In this document: positions 12,822-24,903 of the stretch, piece after piece
Layout of the letters: every line of letters starts with the position of its first letter
How positions within the stretch are numbered: the stretch's first letter is position 1
NCBI RefSeq assembly: GCF_003918875.1
Contig: NW_025767202.1
Coordinates: 310,001 to 374,000, forward strand
Direction of reading: 5' to 3'
Source of the DNA: Haliotis rubra
Taxonomy: Eukaryota
DNA length: 64,000 nucleotides
The notes under the pieces: model-generated
Told to the model about the DNA's origin: nothing
Seen by the model: only the letters and a program-made list of their open reading frames with translations
The model's database searches: none
Made by a program: the position numbers and the translations under genes

Positions 12822-13447
12822 GCAAGATCGCCCGACTGCAGCAATGGGTACTATAACGACTGCATAATAACCATGTGTTTGTATTTAGGGGAGAAGGTCG
12901 GGAAATGGCTCTTTTTGCCAGACTGGAAAGGTTTAGAACTTTGAAATATTTGCATAAAGGTTTTAAGACATGTTTAAGTGCTTAGCGCCAAGTCCATGTT
13001 CTTTCGCGTCCTTACACATTGTGAACTTTGACAAGATGGCTTTTTAACCACGTATATAATGATTTTGTGTAGATCTAAGGTGAACGGCTTAGAAGACGAC
13101 TTAGAGGACGTGTGAATTCCCCAAGCAATTGTTGAAATGAACACAGTTTCATATCCATCCACATGAACATGCATATGTCTGATAATTGTCGTCACAATTC
13201 CTCAAATCCTTCATCTCCAGTGGGAAAGTACGGACCCTTATCCTTAAGCGTTCTTTGTGACAGGTTTGACAGAAATACGGAATCCGATTATATTTAGGTG
13301 CAACTTAGTGAAATGTATCGGGACCAGTCGTAGACCAGGCGATATATAGCCATAGTCATATCTTCTTGAATAAACATAATGATTGCTTAACTTGACTGAT
13401 TGTGCTTACTGAGCACAAAGATTATCCAGTTGCATTCAGTCACTAAA

Positions 13448-13685
13448 TCGTGAAGATCGTAGTTAGAATTGATCTTCAGTAACCCATGCTTGTCGTAACA
13501 GGCGACTAACGGGATCGGGTGGTCAGGCTCGCTGACTTGGTTGACACATGTCATTGTATCCCAATTGTTTATATCGATGCTCGTGATGTTATCACTGGAT
13601 TGTCTGGTCAAGACTCGATAATTTACAGACCGTCGCCATGCAGCTGGAATATTGCTGAGTGCGACGTTAAACAGCAAACAAACAT
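13448..13685 (+). mobile_element. SINE-like family B, near full length
   Basis: cgtgaagatc...acccatgcttgtcgtaa.aggcgactaacgggatcggg...gctggaatattgctgagtgcgacgttaaac; at least 7 copies in the window. Confidence 0.85.
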
Positions 13686-14135
13686 TCCGTCACCAGCTGT
13701 GACTTGTCACTACCTTTTTCGTGACAACAGCTGACGAAACTGGACTGATCAGAAACTGTACTTTCAACAACTTTTTTATCTCCCTTTTCCTTCATATATT
13801 CATCAGAGCATACTGTTTGAACTGAGTTGATTATCAGAACAGAACCTTTCGTAAGATGTGTCGGCGACAATGATTTATATACTAGATAATATACATGCTC
13901 TGGCGGTGGCATGTGTAAACCATCCGGGTTCGAACCAGACTGTCTACACCAGTTTCTCGAGCTTCATTCTCTTAACATACTGGTAGATTTAAAGCAGAGG
14001 CGACTACGTGTCGTGTTGAGTTAATAACAATCTACCAGCCCACACGTAACTAGGTGGGACACCTGTTGGTCGTGGACTTGTTTCATCAAGCTGTTATCCA
14101 GTACACTCACACGTACGTTGCGCACTGCCGTACAC

Positions 14136-14310
14136 GGGGCGGTGGGGTAGCCTAGTGGTTGAAGCGTTCGCTCGTCACGCCGAAGACCCGGGTTCGATTC
14201 CCCACATGGGTACAATGTGTGAAGCCCATTTCTGGTGTCCCCCGCCGTGATATAGCTGGAATATTGCTAAAAGCGGCGTAAAACCAAACTCACTCACTCA
14301 CTCACTCACT
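14136..14310 (+). mobile_element. SINE family A (tRNA-Asp-like head), full length
   Basis: A box tagcctagtgg, B box ggttcgattcc, gtcacgc anticodon-like loop, (CACT)n tail, TSD cactgccgtac. Confidence 0.92.
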
Positions 14311-14819
14311 GCCGTACTCAAGGAAACCATGTCACTACACTTAAGGGAAATACGGACAGTCTTCATTTCATTGTTTGTATCAGGTTTCTTAACTTATGGA
14401 CCATGTCAGCGTCAATCCAAACTGCATGCAAATACGCTGATGACACTGGAGGTTTACTTAACGTTTATATACGGAGTAAGATGTCCAAGTGCCGTCCCTG
14501 AGTGTAAACATCTATATATACATGTATGCCAAGCCGATGTGTACCATGTCGCGTTAGGTCCACCTGTCCATTTCCTAGAGATTGTAAACTGTAACAACTA
14601 CAGCATTGGTTCCAGCTGCATGGACACACCGTGACCACATCGTCGACTACACATGCATCTCTACGTCCCTTAAACAAATTGACACACATAACACACACAT
14701 GTTTGCTTCGTTTGTCTGTGTGGGCCCGTAGTTTACACAATATGGGGTTGTTCCTAAAGAATGACGCAACGCCCGCGTTGTATATAGTCACGGACCCACC
14801 TCAAGAGAATTACTTCAAC

Positions 14820-15046
14820 ATGGCGTTCTGCGGTGCAGTCATAGTGCTGTTGTTGGCAGCGGTTTCGCCGAGTCATCAGGTTGGCATCATTATTCCAAAT
14901 CCATCCCCCTCTCAACCCACGGAAACGTTTGATGATGCTAGTGCTATGACCGATGTCGAAAGCTACAGTGAGAGCGCAGAAAGTGATTTGCATTACTGCA
15001 AAATTCAAAGCTTCTATTTTAGAGATTTGAGCTATGAAGATTGCAT
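14820..15046 (+). CDS. Gene 2 exon 1
   Basis: Signal peptide; AT|GTGAGT donor, phase 2. Confidence 0.85.
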
Positions 15047-18000
15047 GTGAGTATATATTAAAACAGTATTTTGTGAACTTGTTTCCATCTCATGTGTATG
15101 AGTGTAAATGTTTTAAGATACTTATAGAAAACAACTTTTCGTTAAGAAAGGTAACTCTTTATAGAACATGCGCTTTATGATGTGTGCTACATATACAATG
15201 CTGAGTCAGCTGTCTGGTAGCGATCAATCAAGTATCCTTAACAAACAGCCTTCCGCAGTAAGCACATAACCTTCTGAAATAAATCTCCATTAACAGACGG
15301 TTATAACATAAGCCTTTCTAAAACACACACATGAACCCTCATAGTTAAACAGCCTCCAACAATAATAGCATAACCATTCTGTGACAGACAGACTTCCGCA
15401 GTAGCGAGGTGAAAACATTCTGTTGCGGGGTTCAACAGTTCCCACTCATTTCAGCAGTAGCCTTTCTAAAACACCGATTTCAGCAATAATAATTTTGAAA
15501 ACATTCTGCTGTGATAGCAAAAGTGCAATAATTTTGAACACGACGTCAAACTTCGTTCCATCCCTTCTCACCTCCCTTTAATCCACCTCAACCACCTCCC
15601 TTTAATCCACCTCACCCCACCTCCCTTAAATCCACCTCATCCCACCTCCCTTTAATCCATTACATCCCACCTCCCTTTAATCCACCACATCCCACCTCCC
15701 TTTAATTCACCACATCCCACCTCCCTTTAATTCACCACATCCCACCTCCCTTTAATTCACCACATCCCACCTCCCTTTAATCCATTACATCCCACCTCCC
15801 TTTAATTCACCACCTCCCATCTCCCTTTAATCCTCCTCATCTAGCTCCCTTTAATCCACCACATCCCACCTTCCTTTAATCCACCTCACCCCACCTCCCT
15901 TTAATCAACTTCGTCCCTCCTCCCTTTAATCCTCCTCAGCCAGCTCCCTTTAATCTGAAATTTCATAACTTCAGCGCCGAGCGTGTCGGCACAAAGATAC
16001 TGTCAAGTTTCGACTCTCTCCCCACTGCAACCATTGAGTCAGTGTACGCCAACTCCCTGTCTGATGAGGAGGACACAAACACAACGCTGTCCTACATTGA
16101 CCGGATGTACTACACGTGGTTGGCTCAGCAATTTGGCGCTCCTATCAATGACCTGGACAACGTACTCAGGACATATTTTGGTACAAGGGTGACGAAATTC
16201 ACCGCCAAAATATTAACTGCAAGGAAACCATTCCGCCAGATAGAGGGTGAGATTCTGGCGGAAGAAAGGGCTCGGCTCAACATCGACAACACGGCTGCCG
16301 CGGCGTTCTGGAACGGCGTCAACACCCTCCGAGGATACCGTCGGCCTATCATTCGATACGGTGTCCAGTGCTACATCAGGCACTGTATGTGTAACCCTCC
16401 TTCTAGGAATAACATTCATCTTATATTTACCCATGAGGACTTTACACCACTAACAATCGCTTCACGTTTATAAACAGCTGGAGTAGCGGTGGGGTAGCCT
16501 AATGGTTGCAAGCTTGAAATTAGATGTATCAAATAATACTGATTAATATCTATGTATCCAGTAGAATGAGTTGATCTCAAAAGTCTGGACTAGTTATTGC
16601 ACTAAGTTGCACAATAGGACGGAACCCAGTCAGCAGGAAACGAGACTGCTTTGTAATCAATGTTTTGACTTGGCGGTTATAACATAATCCTTTCCCCAAA
16701 AAATAGCTAAAATGTATAGAGGTCATATTTAATGAAACTGGCTATAGCTCTTTCTAGTCACCACACTGTGTTCCCCCCTTGTGGGGGCGTGGGGTAGCCT
16801 AATGGTTAAAGCGCCGAAGACCCGGGTTCGAATCAGTCAGTCAGTCTCCCCCCCCCCCCCTGTACCTAAATCTACCATTTCCTGACCATTATGTGATATA
16901 CCAACCCAAATTTTGGGTGCAGAGATTTCGATTTCTTCTAAAGGTACAAGCAATCGCATATTCAAAATATAATTGGTCCTTGGAAGTTATTCAACATATA
17001 CCCACTTCACTTTTTCACTCATCTTGCCATTGCTTACGTTTAACCTCTAGAACTAGGTAGGTGGCACAACATTCCCCCAGACGAGACAATTTGTAAACTC
17101 TGCTGCATGTGCAAGGTTGGAGATGAATTTCATTACACTCTTCTCTGCCCTCTCATGAAACATCTTCGGAAAATGTATGTCCCAAACTTCTATGGTAAAA
17201 AAAAAATATTATCTTAAAATTTTAAAAGTTGTGTAACAAATACAAAAAATCTGCACATTCTGTAAAATCATTATGCAAACCATAAAATAATTATTTCATG
17301 TAAACCATCCCGCCACATTTAATAGACTAAGTATATATGTGCCTCTTATCCCGGCCTGAGCATAGCTTATATTTGGATAAAACTTTCTCATAAAAGTCGA
17401 GAGAGATTCTTGCACTTGTTAGGGTTGAGACCCATCCGATATTCGAACGCAGACGTACAGAATAAGGCAAATACAAACACAGATCTGTTTCATAACCGCG
17501 GAGCACACCAGGTCCACCATCAACCGGAAACCAATCAACACTGTCCCTTTTGTTTCAGTCTATGCCAGAATCGGTAGGTATGGACGACGTAGATTCTGCC
17601 GGATGTTGGGTCGCCTGGCTCGTGGGATGTACTACCGGCGGGGATACAGTCGACTACTAGGGGTCCTGGGAAGGGCGTGTCCTAACATTGCCTCTTTCCT
17701 CAGTCAAGTCTCACCGACCAGACCACCACAAACTCCACGTCCAACAACAAGACCGACCACAACTACAAGAACCACAACGACAACCACCACCACCACGTCA
17801 ACGACCACGACCACCACGACTACCACCACACCTGCACTAAAATGTACGATCATAGACAAAACATATCGTCCTCAGTCTAATATTCCAGGAGGCACCACTG
17901 TTACATATTCAGAAATAGATTCTTGAACCTAAAACTGAAAGAAAATATTACTCTTCAGAAACATACTCTAATTTCATATATATGATTTGCTTCCTGAAGC

Positions 18001-21000
18001 TTGCGGCACAGTCTTGGATCCTGCCGTCTCGAACCAAATACGAAACACACTGGTGTCCCTGCGCGTGGTAAATGGGGCTTCGGCCAATGTCGGGGAGTAT
18101 CAGTTCACAACCACCCTCCTCATCAACGGACGGTTTGCCTGCGGCGCCACCATCATCGACTCTACTCACATCATGACCGCTGCCCACTGCACTGCGTAAG
18201 TCCTTAGCCTGATTAATGTCATGATGTCATGTCATGTCATGTCATGAATGAATGAAGAATTGGTATGGCACAGCTTTCTTTTGAACATATTTGAAGATGT
18301 TTATTATTTTCTGCAACGGGCAATACCTGTGTGAAATGTTACAGTGAATGGGTATGGTTTTACGCCGCTTTTAGCAATAATCCCGCCATATCAAGGCGTG
18401 GGACACCTGAAATTGGCTTAACACATTGGACCCATGTGGAGAATCGAACCCCGGGTCTTCAGCGTTACGGGCGAACGTTGTAACCATTGGACTACTCCAA
18501 CGCCGCAAATCTAACGCGACGTGAAAATGCTTATAGTTCAATCATCCCCCTTGAAGACGTTATCACAAATCAAAACACATTTATTAAATCTATTATAAGA
18601 TAAGAAAAGCATAAATTAGTTTTAAAACAATTTTAATGCAAAATGTTAAAATTCCTGATTCTCTGAAGTTCCTGAATGCTATTCCTGATTCTCTGTCACG
18701 GTGCAGTGATCAAACTGCGTCGTCACTCTCTGTGGGCGTGGCTGAATTCGACTTGACCCAAGCTGATGGAGAGCAGGTCATCCAGGTGTCCACCATCACT
18801 GACCACCCGAACTACGATTCAGTTAACACGAGTGAGTATCAGCAACGAACACAGCAATAATACATGTGGTGTGTGCGAGTGTGATTGTACGCCACGTTCA
18901 GCAATATTCCAGCAATGTCAAGGCGGGGAATACAAAAAATAGGCTTCATACTTTGCACTCATGTGGGAAATCGAACCTGGTTATTCGGTGTTAAAAGTGA
19001 ACGCCTTATCCTCTAAGCTACCCGACCTGATGGTGGTTTGCTTTAGGACCGCTTTCCGCTAACAAACCCGAAAAGCAAGAATATTGGTTACGAGGTCGCG
19101 GAGTTCGACTTAACATATCGGTTGGTCAGGCTAGGTGACTGAATTGTATCATGCTATCGTATCCCAAATGAGTGCATCGCAATATTGATCGCTGCACTGT
19201 TTCGACCAGATTGGATTATTCTAAATCCGCTTCAATACTGCTGGAATACTGATGAGTTCGATGTTAAGATCTTGGTACAAAGCGATATTTCAGAACACAT
19301 TATCATTAACATTGTCAATTACTGACATTAGAGACATATATCCTGATACATTTCAGTCAATGACATCTCGATACTAACCCTGGAAAGGCCTATTGACGGT
19401 ATAGACAATGCCGAGCCTGTGTGTCTTCCTACTGGCTCTCAATGCACCAACCTCGTCAACCGGCAGTGCACCGTCACCGGTTGGGGAGCGACAGCTACGA
19501 CTAATGGTCGCCCAGGTACGGATTAACAATCACAGGTAATCGGAATAACTGAGAAAACAGATTTTTACAATATCCTGGTGTTGACTGTGTCTGAATAAGA
19601 TATTATACAGGTAATATTCTCATATCATTTTCCACTTGGTTTATTTTGGACCTATAGGAATACCCTTGTCTAAAGTTGAGCACTGTTTCAGTGGCGTTCC
19701 CGGACACGCTGCAGGAGGCGGTAGTCGCCACCTACGATGCCGCGAGATGCCCGACAAACTCCCCCGCTTCCTCCAACGTCAACACTCAGATCTGTGCTGT
19801 CGGCAACACCGACACCTGCAACGTAAGGCTTCACCAACTCATACACAGTGTTATACAACAACTCATACACAGTGTTATACAACCAACTCATACACAGTGT
19901 TATACAACCACTCATACACTGTGTTTACAACCAACTCATACACAGTGTTATACAACCAACTCATACACTGTGTTATACAACCAACACATACACAGTGTTT
20001 TACAACCAACACATACACAGTGTTATACAACCAACTCATACACAGTGTTATACAACCAACTCATACACAGTGTTATACAACCAACTCATACACAGTGTTA
20101 TACAACCAACACATACACTGTGTTATACAACCAACTCATACACAGTGTTATACAACCAACACATACACAGTGTTATACAACCAACACATACACAGTGTTA
20201 TACAACCAACTCATACACAGTGTTATACAACCAACGCATACACAGTGTTATACAACCAACTCATACACAGTGTTATACAACCAACTCATACACAGTGTTA
20301 TACAACCAACACATACACAGTGTTATACAACCAACTCATACACAGTGTTATACAACCAACACATACACAGTGTTATACAACCAACTCATACACAGTGTTA
20401 TAGAACCAACACATACACAGTGTTATACAACCAACTCATACACTGTGTTATACAACCAACTCATACACAGTGTTATACAACCAACTCATACACAGTGTTA
20501 TACAACCAACTCATACACTGTGTTATACAACCAACTCATACACAGTGTTATACAACCAACTCATACACAGTGTTATACAACCAACTCATACACAGTGTTA
20601 TACAACCAACTCATACACAGTGTTATACAACCAACTCATACACAGTGTTATACAACCAACACATACACAGTGTTATACAACCAACTCATACACAGTGTTA
20701 TACAACCAACTCATACACAGTGTTATACAACCAACACATACACAGTGTTATACAACCAACTCATACACAGTGTTATACAACCAACTCATACACTGTGTTA
20801 TACAACCAACTCATACACAGTGTTATACAACCAACTCATACACAGTGTTATACAACCAACACATACACAGTGTTATACAACCAACTCATACACAGTGTTA
20901 TACAACCAACTCATACACAGTGTTATACAACCAACTCACATTACAATGAAAGATTGAACCAACTGATACACTCTTAAAAACCGACTCTAACATTGTCACA

Positions 21001-21543
21001 TTACAACGTCAGATTGAACCAACCGATACACTGTGTTACAAAACCGACACTAAAATTGTCACATTACGACGTAAGATTGAACCAACCGATACACACTTAC
21101 AAAACCGATACTTACATTGTCACATTACAACGTAAGACTGAACCAACCGATACAAAGTGTTATAAAATTGTTACTTACATTGTCACATTTCTTCGAGACA
21201 TGTACTTCAGTAGTATATTTGTTTGTAGATGATTTATTTTGTGTTCATCGGTTTGCTCAGCTGAAGCTGAAGATGAGAGGCATAAAATATGCATGGCTTC
21301 ATATGGATTCGTGCGTTTCAGTTCTATCAACTTCTGAGTAAGATCAATGCAACCTGATCACACCTGTACCTCTGTTCCCAGGGGGACTCCGGCGGGCCGC
21401 TGGTGTGCCAGTATGACGGGACGTGGGTTCAGTGTGGCATCACCTCCTATGGACCTGCCAACTGTAACCTGGCCGAGACTAACGGCATCTACACCGACGT
21501 CTCCGCCTACACTGATTGGATCAACTCCGTTATCAGCAGCTAG
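14820..21543 (+). CDS. Gene 2: intact secreted modular trypsin-like serine protease, about 564 aa, 8 exons
   Basis: Exons 14820-15046, 15975-16384, 17559-17843, 18000-18195, 18707-18831, 19357-19515, 19692-19822, 21382-21543 (1695 nt, open). Signal MAFCGAVIVLLLAAVSPS; LR|VVNG; MTAAHC; NDISIL; DTCNGDSGGP. D189/G216/G226 give a trypsin-type pocket. TATA-like at 14781; AATAAA at 21565. Confidence 0.92.
15560..15955. repeat. 25-bp C-rich minisatellite just upstream of the gene 2 exon 2 acceptor
   Basis: Unit cccacctccctttaatccaccacat. Confidence 0.92.
15975..16384 (+). CDS. Gene 2 exon 2 (unrecognised helical domain)
   Basis: AERVGTKILSSFDSLP...FWNGVNTLRGY; T|GTATGT donor. Confidence 0.9.
16784..16846 (+). 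mobile_element. Internally deleted SINE A
   Basis: Head plus B box only. Confidence 0.7.
17045..17290 (+). mobile_element. LINE (RTE-X-like) 3' end fragment
   Basis: LELGRWHNIP...ICKLC...GDEFHYTLLCP zinc-knuckle region, like the 23501 element. Confidence 0.65.
17559..17843 (+). CDS. Gene 2 exon 3 (Arg-rich C-x26-C segment plus Thr-rich stalk)
   Basis: YARIGRYGRRRFCRMLGRLARGMYYRRGYSRLLGVLGRAC...poly-Thr. Confidence 0.85.
18000..18195 (+). CDS. Gene 2 exon 4
   Basis: CGTVLD...SLRVVNG...[17 protein letters not shown]. Confidence 0.9.
18343..18505 (-). mobile_element. SINE A, diverged
   Basis: Reverse match to 14136. Confidence 0.8.
18707..18831 (+). CDS. Gene 2 exon 5
   Basis: LSVGVAEFDLTQADGEQVIQVSTITDHPNY. 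Confidence 0.9.
18878..19025 (-). mobile_element. SINE A, strongly diverged
   Basis: Reverse match to 14136. Confidence 0.65.
19357..19515 (+). CDS. Gene 2 exon 6
   Basis: NDISILTLERP...PVCLP...CTVTGWG (missing from the ORF track). Confidence 0.9.
19692..19822 (+). CDS. Gene 2 exon 7
   Basis: FPDTLQEA...QICAVGNTDTCN|GTAAGG. Confidence 0.9.
19833..21190. repeat. 25-bp minisatellite (about 44 copies) followed by degenerate ~60-bp units (gene 2 intron 7)
   Basis: Unit caaccaactcatacacagtgttata. Confidence 0.95.
21382..21543 (+). CDS. Gene 2 exon 8
   Basis: GDSGGPLVCQYDGTWVQCGITSYG...GIYTDVSAYTDWI, stop TAG. Confidence 0.9.
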   Translation, partial: GDSGGPLVCQYDGTWVQCGITSYGPANCNLAETNGIYTDVSAYTDWINSVISS

Positions 21544-23549
21544 ATGTACGTGTAACATACACGAAATAAAACAGCTTGATAGAAACTACTTGGTGTATAT
21601 TTGTTTTGTCCGTTTCTTGTCTAACGTCCGTATCAGCAATATTCTACCTATATTGCAGATTTAGTGTATGTATCCTTTACGACCCCAATAAGTGATTGAG
21701 TTAAGCGTCTGCTACAATATTACAGGTCTAAAGCGGTTGTGTGGATTACTAATATATTCTATTTGCAAAAAATATTGAAATTAAAGTCTGAAGAATGATA
21801 TGTCTTTGTGATGGACACAGTACACTCATACTTTTTCAAACACCTGGTGTAATTAACACATACATTGGATAGAATGGGAATCGTAAAACAGTGTCAATGT
21901 TGTCTTATCATCGTAGTTTCATCTCTTATATCTACAAGTTAATGCATGGAGGAAGCTATCTGAGTACTTAGTGAAATATCAACGCTTTCACATGAGCTGC
22001 ATGTTCACAGGGGTAAACACGTGACCTGAAGGGCAATTATGTAGGGAATGCATCGGACACAGATACGTCACATACATGTCCACAGTGGGCGTTTTGAGAT
22101 CTAGGCGAATGACCGGCAGTCAGCAGAAACATGTGAGTAGCTAGTACTGAATGTTTTATCGTGTTACATAAATACTTCAGTAACAGTATTCAGCTATCAG
22201 TTTGTATAACAAAACTCATGTGTTTTGAAACATTATTGGTTAAATGCGTTTAGCAGTGGGAGAAAATCCTGACTGTAAAGGCTAAGACGTGTCATATAAT
22301 ACACGTACATGTCTTGATAGGAATAACTGAGCTTCTGAACAGTGAACTACGACGATCTCATACCAGAGCGATTTGGTCTCGAAATGCCGACAGCCCTTTG
22401 ATCTTTTCGGACACAGTGCAGTTTGCACTAACCGAATGGCCGATATAAACCTACAGTAGGTTAAAGAATAAACTGTACCTTAAAGTGAGCGAGCTTTAAT
22501 CATAAACCTGATATGCTGGCGCAGTGGTACAGTTCTCAGATTGGTATGGATTTGGGTATACAGCCAGACAACGTTGTGTTAAGGTTGAAGGGACCTACGT
22601 TAATACTTCGAGTTATCCGCTGTTCGACCGCAGAATAATGACACAGAGAATACGGGGAACATGCTTTTACGACACGACAGCGTTTGACCATACATACTTG
22701 CAAATATTTACTCAACCTGTTTCATATGTAATGCGTTCAGTTGACTGCTGGCATTCAGCAGCGCCAGCATCGATATTTTACGACACTGACTTACATAGGG
22801 TCCGTAAGTAGGTCACGGCTCTTCGCGAAACCTTAGCACTTCCGATGACAAACAACGTTTCACACCTTTTCGAATGGTCTCATGGTTGTCAACTGAATGG
22901 AAGGAACCGATGATCCTTGCAGGAAAAACAAATTTCCGATCTAACCACCCCCAAATTAGCCAACAGATGTGACAGCCAAACGTGCTTTTACACTTGGTCC
23001 GCTCTAGTAAAGCCATATTTGGCAATTTGGAGCCAGAACTGATTCTTGAAAATCTGGTTTGGAAGTAAGCTGGGCCCCGTCTCGCATGTAGCAAGTGGGC
23101 GGGCGCAAATGGAGCCGGGAACCAGCTTAATATCGGAAGTAGCGCTTCCCGATACTCACAAGCCCTATTGACATGGAATATTCATTTAATTCAGGAAGAT
23201 CCTGCGCGTCAGATTCATAGGGGAGGTAATTGATGTGGAACGCCTATGCCAACGCGGGTGACGTAGTCGACTTGACGTGACGATATCACAATTCTTGCAA
23301 AACGGCAGTCATATTTGAGAGTCCAGAGATGGAAGTAGTATGGTCATTGATCCGTTTTCTTTGTCACGTGGCAACATAAGCCTGCCCTTCGTAGGAAAGT
23401 GTGCGAAAACGCATCTTGTCGTAAAATCTCCAAACTATCATCACCATCAAGGTAATGCCCCTTGTCAGCACCTGGTAAACTTGTAGTCAGCTACGTGCCT
23501 TTAATCAAGACCTTTCAATATTATTTGAATTAGTCTATGAGAAAACTTG

Positions 23550-24903
23550 ACAGTTATAAGAAAATGTAGTTCATCCTCAACAGTACTCATATTACATAAC
23601 TGACATATTCTGATTTCTCTTTGTATACCTGCATACCTGCCAGTTTCAATAAATAATTCATGGGAAGAGCAACGAAAACGAGAGAGAGCTATACGGAACT
23701 TCTTTACGCCGATTTTTGCTAAATAGTCTTCAAAACGTATGTCCGATTTCCATTGGTTATAGTATAAACATTTTGTGGATAGGAGTAGTGATTCCAACCA
23801 AGACTGGAAATAGATATCTTTCATTCTTTGTGTAAATGATATGATAAAGTTTGTATGCAACTGAACATTGTGATCACACCACACATAACCATAACCAGTT
23901 TTGTACAACAACTCCCTAATATCACTCACCCAATTCCTTTTCCCATTTTCGTTATACAATTTCATCATATCATAACACTTTTTCGGAAACCTATGGCATG
24001 ACATATGCAGTAATCTTACCCAATACTTTATGGCTTTAATGGAAGAGTATATAAACAAGGGGAATCTACCTAATTCTCCGTAAACCATCCTATTACATGT
24101 GATCGGTTTTACACCAAGAACCTTTTTGCATGCATATAAATGAACTCTTTCAATACTGTCATATTGTTGTAATCCCCATATCTCAGAGCCATATAGAAGT
24201 ATTGGACTTATCTTCATATCGAATATTTTAAAGAATGTGTTAAAGGACATTTCACCCAACGATCTCATATTTTTACAAACACCGATTAGGATTTTCAAGG
24301 CTTGTGCTGACGCTTGTTTTGTGTGTTTGGACCAGGAAAGGCTATTACAAAAATATACACCAAGATACTTATAAACACTGGTAGTTTTGAGTAGTTGCCC
24401 TTTATAATACCATTTTTCTAATTTAGAGAGTTTTCCACCTTTCTTAAAGACGATAATTTTGGTTTTGTCTCTGTTTACACACAATTTATATTGGTCAGAA
24501 AATGTGTCTAATTCATCTATTTGTTTCTGTAAACCGCTAACAGTACTAGAAAATAGTACAATTTCATCGGCAAAGAGTAACAGAAATAGTTGTATTGTAT
24601 CTGGGTGTAGTTGAATCCCATTCGTACATGTGTCACATATTTGTATTGCTAATTCATGAATGAAAACGTAAAAAGGAAAGGGCTTAAAATACAGCCTTGT
24701 CTAACACCTAGTTCACTAATGAAAGGTTCAGATAAGTCATGCTGATTCCTTACACACACTTTAACATTTTCGTATATACTCTTTCAACATTTTATTCATT
24801 TTACTACTAAGACCGTGCGATTGTAGAAGTCTCCATAGTTTATCCCGCTGCACAGAATCGAAAGCCTTTGCAAAATCAACGAATAGTGCGTAGAACTTTC
24901 CAG
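23550..24903 (-). mobile_element. 5'-truncated LINE ORF2 (RT C-terminal half plus CCHC region), RTE-X-like
   Basis: FVDFAKAFDSV, GVRQGC, LFADE, YKYLGV, LLYGSEIWG, GELGRFPL, IETGRY, CQLC..VEDELHFL; 327-aa ORF still open. Confidence 0.9.

Noticed and set aside
14136-14210. tRNA-Asp gene
   Set aside because: The acceptor stem does not close, and the head is always linked to a SINE body, tail and TSD.
19636-20977. ORFs of 255-433 aa
   Set aside because: 25-bp tandem repeat open in all frames; only 19692-19822 is a real exon.
22500-23500. CpG-richer stretch with short ORFs
   Set aside because: No recognisable protein motif or splice-supported exon.
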